Assembly: GCA_964487475.1 (NCBI GenBank)
Contig: CAZAPM010000005.1
Location: 1-64,000, forward strand
DNA from: an uncultured Planctomycetales bacterium
Lineage (GTDB): Bacteria > Omnitrophota > Gorgyraeia > Gygaellales > Profunditerraquicolaceae
Reading direction: 5' to 3'
Length of the DNA stretch: 64,000 nt
A program made the translations under genes and the position numbers. How positions within the stretch are numbered: position 1 is the stretch's first letter; the number at the start of each line of letters is the position of its first letter. The notes under the pieces are model-generated. The model was not told the origin of the DNA. It searched no databases and worked only from the letters and a program-made list of their open reading frames with translations. Positions 28,671 through 36,254 of the stretch are shown piece by piece.

Positions 28671-29447
28671 ATGGAGACGGTATTGAAAGGCAAGGCGGCG
28701 ATCGTGACCGGGGCCAGCCGCGGCATAGGAAAGGCCCTGGCATCGACCGTGGCCAGTATGGGAGCGAATGTGGCCATTGCGGCAAGGCAGGAGGGCCCGT
28801 TAAAGGAGGCCGCGGAGGAGATCGCCAAAAAGTATAAGGTAGAGGTCTTGCCCGTAGTGTGCGACGTCACCAAACTCGAAGACCTGGAGAACCTGGTCAA
28901 CCAGACTAAGGCCAAGTTCGGCAAGATCGATATACTCATCAATAACGCCGGGGTTTCCAGCCAGTATCCCTTCCCGCACCAGCCGATCGAGGAGATCGAG
29001 AAGCTCGCGCTGACCAATTACCTGGGGTATGTCCGCCTGATCCGATTGGTGATCAACGATATGATCGCGCGTAAATCCGGCGCCATCATCAATATGGTCT
29101 CGGGCTCGACCTTAGTTGACCCCGTTCCAAAAAATTTCGTGGTGTACAGCTCGTTGAAAGTCGGGCTGCGCGCGTTCTGCAAGGGGCTTTTCTGGGAACA
29201 GCGCGACAACGGGATCAAGATCACCTCGCTTCTGCCCGGGGTCACCGATACCGATCTGACGGGCAAGCTCAAGGATATCACCAACGATACTTCCCGCCTC
29301 ATGACCACCGAGGCGATCGAGAACGCGGTGCGTTTCGCCCTGACCGTGCCGGCGAACGTCTGCCCGCTGGAGATCTCCGTCATCAATCAGCAGACGCCCT
29401 GGACCGCGCCCATCATCCCGTACAAGCAGGCGCATCCGGATAAATGA
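28671..29447 (+). CDS. SDR family oxidoreductase (candidate ketoreductase)
   Basis: 'TGASRGIG', 'NNAG', 'YSSLK'. Confidence 0.92.
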   Translation: METVLKGKAAIVTGASRGIGKALASTVASMGANVAIAARQEGPLKEAAEEIAKKYKVEVLPVVCDVTKLEDLENLVNQTKAKFGKIDILINNAGVSSQYPFPHQPIEEIEKLALTNYLGYVRLIRLVINDMIARKSGAIINMVSGSTLVDPVPKNFVVYSSLKVGLRAFCKGLFWEQRDNGIKITSLLPGVTDTDLTGKLKDITNDTSRLMTTEAIENAVRFALTVPANVCPLEISVINQQTPWTAPIIPYKQAHPDK

Positions 29448-29845
29448 GCATGAACGCACAGGATAAGAAGAACATCCAGAAACGGTACCTGATCTGGTTC
29501 TATAAGTCGGCCAAAGAAGCCTTCGATAAGGTCGAGCGCAAGTTCACCCAGGCGGAGGTGGACCTGGAAGTGCTCGCCCGCCTGAAGCGTTTTGACCGAA
29601 GCGGCAGGCTGCGCAAGGAGCTCGCCGGATTCGAGGAGTATATCGACAAGAAGCTTTCCGCCGGCAAGGAGCTGAAATTCGCCGGCCGGGGTACCTTGAA
29701 GAACGAGTATATCTTCCTGGCGGCAAAACTCGATGCGGTGGAGAAGGTCATCGCGAAGCGTTTCGGCCCCGGGGAGCTTTCCCGGATCAAGCGGATGTAC
29801 GAGCAGGAGATGACCTCCCGTATTTTACGGAGCACCGAGCATTAG
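29444..29845 (+). CDS. Hypothetical helical protein
   Basis: ATGA-coupled ORF within the operon; no family recognised. Confidence 0.7.
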   Translation: MSMNAQDKKNIQKRYLIWFYKSAKEAFDKVERKFTQAEVDLEVLARLKRFDRSGRLRKELAGFEEYIDKKLSAGKELKFAGRGTLKNEYIFLAAKLDAVEKVIAKRFGPGELSRIKRMYEQEMTSRILRSTEH

Positions 29846-29848
29846 CCT

Positions 29849-30769
29849 ATGATCATCGACGCGCATTCTCACTGGCTTCCGGCACAGATCATTGAGAACG
29901 CCCATTTCTATCATAAGGGATGGGGGGATATAGAAGCACAGGTCAAGATGATGCGGGAGTCGGGTATCGACAAGGCGGTGTTATCCTATCCTACCTCTGA
30001 TGCACATCATAAGCTCGGTACGCAGGGAGAGGTGGCGCGGATATTCAACGATGCGGTCGCCAACATCCTGCGCAAGTATCCCGATACGTTCATCGGCGCG
30101 GCGGTGATGCCGGTGGGGGATGCGGCAGTGATGCTCGACGAGGCTAAGCGCGCTACGGAAAAGATGGGGTTCCGGGCGATCTCCCTGGCCACGAGCTATG
30201 ACGGGGTGTATCTGGATGACGCGCAGTTCACCCCGCTTTTCAAGTTCTGCCGTCAGATGCGCCTGCCGGTGTTCGTGCATGCGCAGATCGTTAATCCCAT
30301 CGGATCGGACAGGGTCAAGGACCCTTTGCTTACCCCGGTCATCGAATATGTGTTTGAAACTACCATGTGCGTGGGCCGGCTCCTCATGTCGGATATCCTG
30401 CGGGAATCCGAAGGCCTTAATTTCGTGTTCGGGTATTTCGGCGGAGTGACCCCGTTTCTGGCGCACCGGTATGACGCGACCTACCGGATGCTGCGGGGGA
30501 TCAATTTCGTGAAGGACCTGCAGGCGGATCCGACGCAGTTCCTGAAGCGTATTTATGTCGATACCAGCGGGGATACTACCCGCGCCAACCTGGAGGCGGC
30601 GCTCGCGCTTTTCGGGCCGGAGCATATCCTCTGGGGCAGCGACTGGCCGGCGAAGAAGGACGGCGCCGGTTCGATGGATGCGATCAGGGGCCTGGCGATC
30701 CCGGAGGAGGGAAAGGCCGGGATATTGGGGGAGAATGCGTTGCGGCTGTTCCAGGGTGGTCAAGAATGA
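29849..30769 (+). CDS. Amidohydrolase_2 family protein (ACMSD/aromatic acid decarboxylase-like)
   Basis: 'IIDAHSH', 'PVFVH', 'IYVDTS', 'ILWGSDWP', 'ILGENA'. Confidence 0.88.
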   Translation: MIIDAHSHWLPAQIIENAHFYHKGWGDIEAQVKMMRESGIDKAVLSYPTSDAHHKLGTQGEVARIFNDAVANILRKYPDTFIGAAVMPVGDAAVMLDEAKRATEKMGFRAISLATSYDGVYLDDAQFTPLFKFCRQMRLPVFVHAQIVNPIGSDRVKDPLLTPVIEYVFETTMCVGRLLMSDILRESEGLNFVFGYFGGVTPFLAHRYDATYRMLRGINFVKDLQADPTQFLKRIYVDTSGDTTRANLEAALALFGPEHILWGSDWPAKKDGAGSMDAIRGLAIPEEGKAGILGENALRLFQGGQE

Positions 30770-32547
30770 GGAATAATGCTTTTTTGCGCGTCTCGGTGCT
30801 GGTGGCGGTTATTGCAGGTGCGTTGGCAGGTGTCCCGCGTTCGGGAGGGTGCGCACCGGAACCTTATAAGGAATGGTCGGGTAGCGATTCCATGTTCGGG
30901 GGATTTGGGTACGATTCCAGGAAGAGCAGGATCGAAGAAGGATGGTTTTCCGGCAGGGTGGGGCATCACGAGAAAGAGATGGCTGCGTTTAAGGCAGGGC
31001 AGGAGCTGTCGGGTCCCGTAAAGAATGATTTCCACTGGGTGTTGCAGGTTCTGTTGAAAAAACCGTCTCGGATCGATTCTATCACCGTGTTCCCGGGCAC
31101 GCGCGGGCAAAATCATCAGACAGGGCAGCTGTTCTGCAAAGGTCAGGGGTGGAGCACGGCGAAGGGGACGGAAAATGAGTGCGGAGCGGTACTGGACCCG
31201 TTGCTGGTTTTTTTCAAAGGATCGCAGCTCAATGCCGGATATGATCAGACGCTTGGCGAGTACCCTGCGGATAAGCTGTTGACCTTCGATCTCTTCGGCC
31301 CGGCCCGCACCGATGCTTTTGAGGGAGGCGGAATAAGGGTTGAGCTGAGTGACGGGTCTCATCTGATCTCCGGCTTTGGCGATGAACTTACGAGCCCGCG
31401 CGTGAAACATTGCACCATTGCGACCGTTCCTCCCCCCTGGAATGCGGGGCAGTGGGGAGGGAAGGCATATGTACCGGTTCCGGATAAATTGCAATGGAAG
31501 GCTACCTTGCAGCTGGGGAGGCCGCTACAGATCCGCTCCATGTCGATTGAGCCATATACTATTAAGGTATCGTATAAAGGTGTAGAGTTGGATGCAAAAG
31601 ATATGCGTTCCCTGGGAGAGCTACCCGTTGGCGGACACACCTTTGATATATTCAGCGCGGGGCCGATCAAGGAGTCCCAGGGAGGGGATTTCGTGGTCGA
31701 ATTTGTTGACGGGGAAAAGTACCGTGTTGCTTTTGAGAAATCTGTCCCGGGTCTCCGATTGCATATTGATCTTTGTTGTGATAGGTCTCCTTGCGTGGAA
31801 CAGGGTACCGCGAAAGTTCCCGAGAAGTTCAGTATTTCCTTTTGTCGGCACTATAAGCCAGTTTCCGATAAACGGGATTATTTATATGTCGTGGGTGTTC
31901 TCACAGGAGAGTTTGATATTAAGAAGCGCCAGTTGGTGCTCACGCGCAGCGAGTCTTACGGGAAACTGCGTATTCGGGGTGCGGCAAAAAAGTTTACGAT
32001 CCCTCTTTCCGAAGATGGGAGCGCCAAAGGAGAGATACTCTATACCCATAAGGATGAGTTTTTCGGCGAGTCGATTTCGGGCACGATCTCTCTTGATCTG
32101 CAGGTACGGGAAGACGGCCGGCTGGTGATCCGGGATGCAGCGGTTTCCGATTCGTTCGACCGCAGGTTCTTTTTCCCGAGGAAGGGAACCGCGGTTAAAA
32201 CGCATGGCGAGTTGTTCTCTCTTCAGGGGGGACATGGAGACGGATTGAGTTCTGTGACATACGATAATACGGGATTTTTCTTTGACGGGATCGATGACGG
32301 AAAGGTGATCATCTCAGCTGCCCCGTATGAGTCGGAATACGGGGGTGGCGGATGCAGCGAGGAGGATGATACGCCAGTCGCCGTTCTCGACTTGAATGAA
32401 GCGGGTCTGGCGACCTATGTGCACCAGGGGCATTCCTTCGAATTCAAGCTTATCGCAGAGCCGCATACCCGCGAGAAATTTTTCGTTCAATGGAAATGTT
32501 TAGATACAGAAGGCTTGAGAGTCGAGCTCGTCGACCCGGATAAGTAA
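30766..32547 (+). CDS. Secreted hypothetical protein with internal duplication
   Basis: Signal-like N-terminus; beta-rich; codons more AT-rich than the flanking genes. Confidence 0.7.
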   Translation: MRNNAFLRVSVLVAVIAGALAGVPRSGGCAPEPYKEWSGSDSMFGGFGYDSRKSRIEEGWFSGRVGHHEKEMAAFKAGQELSGPVKNDFHWVLQVLLKKPSRIDSITVFPGTRGQNHQTGQLFCKGQGWSTAKGTENECGAVLDPLLVFFKGSQLNAGYDQTLGEYPADKLLTFDLFGPARTDAFEGGGIRVELSDGSHLISGFGDELTSPRVKHCTIATVPPPWNAGQWGGKAYVPVPDKLQWKATLQLGRPLQIRSMSIEPYTIKVSYKGVELDAKDMRSLGELPVGGHTFDIFSAGPIKESQGGDFVVEFVDGEKYRVAFEKSVPGLRLHIDLCCDRSPCVEQGTAKVPEKFSISFCRHYKPVSDKRDYLYVVGVLTGEFDIKKRQLVLTRSESYGKLRIRGAAKKFTIPLSEDGSAKGEILYTHKDEFFGESISGTISLDLQVREDGRLVIRDAAVSDSFDRRFFFPRKGTAVKTHGELFSLQGGHGDGLSSVTYDNTGFFFDGIDDGKVIISAAPYESEYGGGGCSEEDDTPVAVLDLNEAGLATYVHQGHSFEFKLIAEPHTREKFFVQWKCLDTEGLRVELVDPDK

Positions 32548-32557
32548 GGGAGGGATC

Positions 32558-32866
32558 ATGGCGCAATGTCCGTCGTGCAATCAGAAAGTCCCGTTCGGGA
32601 TCCTGCGGTTTGATTTTGCCAAGAACGCGGGCAAGTCCCGGTATCACCGCGAGTACGCGTGCCCGTTCTGCAAGCAGCTCTTCAGTATCACCGTCGCATC
32701 GAGGATCGCGGCGGAAGTGCTGGTGATCGCGGGCAGCATCGGCATATTCGTGGCCGCAGATAAGTTCTTCGGGAACGAAACTTTGGGGGTCCTGGCGGCG
32801 GTCGTCTACGCAATTGTGCTGGCGATAATCTGGTGGATCGGGTTCGCCCAGACCTATAGGCCGTAA
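32558..32866 (+). CDS. Small Zn-ribbon (CxxC..CxxC) membrane protein
   Basis: 'CPSC', 'CPFC' followed by two TM helices; GGGAGGG SD. Confidence 0.7.
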   Translation: MAQCPSCNQKVPFGILRFDFAKNAGKSRYHREYACPFCKQLFSITVASRIAAEVLVIAGSIGIFVAADKFFGNETLGVLAAVVYAIVLAIIWWIGFAQTYRP

Positions 32867-32886
32867 GGGTATTATTGCGTGATGCG

Positions 32887-33540
32887 ATGAAAAAAGCATT
32901 TCTTTCGTTGTTCCTGTGCGCCGTATGGTGCTCCTGCGGGTGGGCGGGGGTACGGGAGACCGCAGATGCGCTGATATACGTTCCGGATTCCCTGGACCAT
33001 AGCAGGAAACATCCCGTAGTGGTCGCGCTTTCGCCTTCCGCCGATGCGCACGGCATGATCGAGGCCTGGAAAGGGATCTCCGAACGGTATCAGTGGCCGG
33101 TGCTGGCAGCCAGGAACTATTCCAACGGCGGGGATATGATGCAGATGCTTAAGGTGGTCGCCCGAAGCGTCCGGGCTGCGGCGGAGTATCTGCCTATCGA
33201 CGGAACGAGGGTCATCGCGACCGGTATTTCGGGCGGAGGGATGGGCGCGCACGCCTTCGCGTTCCAGTATCCGGAGATGACCGGGGCCGTGGTGGTCAAC
33301 ACCGGGATGATGCACGAGTATTATTTTTCCCCGGCGCAGGCGCCCCGTTATCCCCGGGGCAAACTCGCGGTGTTTTTGGCCAGTCCGGAGGATTTCCGGT
33401 ACGGGGAGATGAAGCGGGACCGGTCGTTCTTGACGGGACGCCAGTGGACGACGAAATGGATCGAATTTGCGGGAGGGCATACCATGGCGCCCGATACCGC
33501 GTACGAAGAAGCAGCCCAGTGGATCGCTGAGCGCATATAA
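32887..33540 (+). CDS. Secreted alpha/beta hydrolase (esterase-like)
   Basis: Signal peptide, nucleophile elbow 'GISGGG', C-terminal 'GGH'. Confidence 0.75.
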   Translation: MKKAFLSLFLCAVWCSCGWAGVRETADALIYVPDSLDHSRKHPVVVALSPSADAHGMIEAWKGISERYQWPVLAARNYSNGGDMMQMLKVVARSVRAAAEYLPIDGTRVIATGISGGGMGAHAFAFQYPEMTGAVVVNTGMMHEYYFSPAQAPRYPRGKLAVFLASPEDFRYGEMKRDRSFLTGRQWTTKWIEFAGGHTMAPDTAYEEAAQWIAERI

Positions 33541-33553
33541 TAAGGAGACCGAG

Positions 33554-34300
33554 ATGCAGATGCAGAAGGAAGTTCATTTGACGGGCAAGGATCTGGTAGG
33601 AATGGTGCAGCTTCGTCCGCAGGACGTGGGACAGTATGCGATCGTCCCCGGGCCGAAGGACAGGCTGGAAGTGCTGTTGAAGAAGATACAGGATCCGGTA
33701 CGCAATTTCTCCTTCATGGAATATACGATGTATACCGGCACGTACCAGGGGATCAAGGTCACCGGGATCAACGGCGGCCGTTTTTCGACGGATACTTCGA
33801 TCACCTCCGAGGTCATCTGCAACGCCGGGATCAAGAACGTCATCCGTATCGGTTCCTGCGGCGCCATGGACGAGAAGATCAAGGTGGGAGACCTGGTCCT
33901 GGTGGATACCGTGATCCGCGGCGACGGGGTAACGCCCTATTACGTGAAACCCGACTTTAAGACCGTGGCGGACAAGCAGATCACCGACACCCTTTTCGAG
34001 GTGGCCCAGGGGATGGGGCTTACCGTGCACCGGGGCACGGCCTGGACTACAGATGCGCTGCTTAAGGAGACCCGCGAGATAGTCGAAGCTAAGCGCAAGG
34101 AGGGCGCCATTGCGGTGGATATGGTCTCCTCGACGCTGTTGACCATCGCGCAGCTGTACAACGTCAAAGCCGGATCGATCCTGGCGGTCAGCGACAACCT
34201 GATCACCGGTGAGATGGGGTTCATGAACCCGCTTTATTACATGGCGGAAACCAACCTCATTACAATCGCCTTGGAAACCGTCAAGCGCCTGAACGCATGA
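33554..34300 (+). CDS. Nucleoside phosphorylase (PNP/UDP family 1)
   Basis: TAAGGAG SD; 'IRIGSCGA', 'WTTDA', 'AVDMVSS', 'AVSDNL'. Confidence 0.88.
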   Translation: MQMQKEVHLTGKDLVGMVQLRPQDVGQYAIVPGPKDRLEVLLKKIQDPVRNFSFMEYTMYTGTYQGIKVTGINGGRFSTDTSITSEVICNAGIKNVIRIGSCGAMDEKIKVGDLVLVDTVIRGDGVTPYYVKPDFKTVADKQITDTLFEVAQGMGLTVHRGTAWTTDALLKETREIVEAKRKEGAIAVDMVSSTLLTIAQLYNVKAGSILAVSDNLITGEMGFMNPLYYMAETNLITIALETVKRLNA

Positions 34301-35235
34301 AGCCGTTTTCCCCGCTCTTCTGGCCGATACGATACCAGCAGGGAGTGATCTCCATTCTCGACGAGACGCTTCTGCCGCATCAGGTGGTCTATATCGAAGC
34401 TCCCGATCACGCGGCAGCGTGCCGGGCGATCCGGGAGATGAAGACGCGCGCCGTGGGCCAGGTGCTGCTGGTGATGTATATTTTCATCCAGCTGATCGAC
34501 CGGCATCAGGGCAATGTCCCCTCCGAGCTGCTGGAAAAAGTGGCGCAGGAGATCAACGCCACCCGGCCGACGCTTTCCTTTAAGTATCTTACCGATATGG
34601 TCCTGGGGTGGGCCAGGCAGGGGGCTCCTCTGTCCCAGGCCATCAACGGGTTCCTGGAAGGGCTTAAACACGCCCGCCTGGCGCAGGCGAAAGAAGCGGC
34701 CGCGCTGCTTAAGGACGGGGATGCCGTCCTTACGCATTGTAACATCAGCGGGCTGATGCCGGTGATCGCGGGATTTGCCGCGGAGCAGGGGAAGGCGGTC
34801 AGGTTTTTTGCGACCGAGACCCGGCCGTACCTGCAGGGGTCGCGGCTCACCGCCTGGGAATTGCACGAAGCGGGTTTTGACGTGACGGTGATCGCGGACG
34901 GGATGGCAGCACAGGTCATGGCCGAAGGAAAGATCTCCAAGGTCATCGTCGGGGCGGATCATCTGGCGCAAAACGGTGATATCGCCAACAAGATCGGCAC
35001 GCTGCAGATCGCCCTGGCAGCCAGGCATTTCGGGATCCCTTTTTACGTGATCTGTCCGCCTGCGTCCAGGGCGCAAAGCGGCAAGGATATCGCCATCGAG
35101 GTCCGTCCGGAGGATGAATTGCTTGTGATCAACGGGGTGCGTACCACCTCCGCGGGGGTCAAGGGTTATTATCCGGCGTTCGACGTGACGCCGGCCGAGT
35201 TAATCACCGGGCATATCAAGCTGGGGGTGCGTTGA
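34297..35235 (+). CDS. mtnA: Methylthioribose-/5-deoxyribose-1-phosphate isomerase-like protein (MtnA family, divergent)
   Basis: 'LTHCN', 'ETRPYLQGSRLTAWEL', 'NGDIANKIGT', 'PAFDVTPAELITG'. Confidence 0.82.
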   Translation: MKPFSPLFWPIRYQQGVISILDETLLPHQVVYIEAPDHAAACRAIREMKTRAVGQVLLVMYIFIQLIDRHQGNVPSELLEKVAQEINATRPTLSFKYLTDMVLGWARQGAPLSQAINGFLEGLKHARLAQAKEAAALLKDGDAVLTHCNISGLMPVIAGFAAEQGKAVRFFATETRPYLQGSRLTAWELHEAGFDVTVIADGMAAQVMAEGKISKVIVGADHLAQNGDIANKIGTLQIALAARHFGIPFYVICPPASRAQSGKDIAIEVRPEDELLVINGVRTTSAGVKGYYPAFDVTPAELITGHIKLGVR

Positions 35236-36251
35236 TGGCTGATCAACTGCAGGCGTGCAAGGAAGCGATCAAGATCACGGGGAAAAGGCTCTACTCCTCG
35301 GGCCTGGCCGTGGCCCGTTCGGGGAATATCAGCTGCCGCCTGGACGACGCGCAGGTCCTCATCACCGCCACCGGCACGTACCTGGGGGAGCTTTCCGACC
35401 AGGATATCGTGCGGGTCGATCTCGCCGCCGGCCTTTGCCTGGATGCGAAAAAGCCGAGCTCCGAACTTCCCCTGCATTCCCTCGTCTACAAGAATTTCCC
35501 GGCGAAGGTCGTGGTGCACTGCCATCCGCCCCTGGCCAACGGTTATTTTTCGGTCAATGATTCCCTGGAGGCCTGCACGTTCGAGACCAGATTCTATTTA
35601 GGCAGGGTTCCGGTGGTGGCGCAGGAGACGCCGACGGTTACTCGACCGGAGGCAGTGATCGATGCGCTCAAGGCCAACAGCCTGGTAGTGCTCAAGCACC
35701 ACGGCGCGGTCGCCATGGGAGAGACCTTTGACGAGGCTATGGCGCTGGTCGAAGCGCTCGAGGAAGCGGTCAAATCCGCCTGCGTGGCGCGCCTTTTCTC
35801 CGTAGGGGGTCAGCTTTCCGCTCCGGCAAATGCTGCCGGGTCTTTCTCCGGGGCCCGGACGGGTTCCGGATCCGGAGGGATGAAGATGTTCTCTCCGGAG
35901 CATATCCAGGCGATCGTGGACCTGGTCAACCAGGATGAGCTGATCGCCCGGAAAGGCAGCGAGCTCGACCTGACCGTGCAGCTGGCGATTTGTCTCGACG
36001 GAAGCGACGATAAGTACAAGTTCAATTTTGAAAAGGGCAAGATCGTGCGCCTGGACCGGGACGCCGATGCGCCTTTTGTCATCTCTGCTCCGGCCGCGGT
36101 GTGGGAGCAGGTATTCTTAGGAAAGCTGGATTCTTTTGTCGCGGTCACTCAGGGAAAGATGAGCCTCAAGGGCCAGTTGGGGCAGCTTTCCAAGTGGTAC
36201 GTGCCCTTCACCAGGCTTTTCGAGCTTTTCAAGCAGGTCCCCATACGGTAA
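35232..36251 (+). CDS. Class II aldolase/adducin domain fused to an SCP2 sterol-carrier domain
   Basis: 'SGNISCR', 'PSSELPLH', 'VVHCHP', 'LKHHGA'; C-terminal 'FVISAPAAVW...GKLDSFVAVTQGKMSLKG' is SCP2-like. Confidence 0.85.
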   Translation: MMADQLQACKEAIKITGKRLYSSGLAVARSGNISCRLDDAQVLITATGTYLGELSDQDIVRVDLAAGLCLDAKKPSSELPLHSLVYKNFPAKVVVHCHPPLANGYFSVNDSLEACTFETRFYLGRVPVVAQETPTVTRPEAVIDALKANSLVVLKHHGAVAMGETFDEAMALVEALEEAVKSACVARLFSVGGQLSAPANAAGSFSGARTGSGSGGMKMFSPEHIQAIVDLVNQDELIARKGSELDLTVQLAICLDGSDDKYKFNFEKGKIVRLDRDADAPFVISAPAAVWEQVFLGKLDSFVAVTQGKMSLKGQLGQLSKWYVPFTRLFELFKQVPIR

Positions 36252-36254
36252 CAC

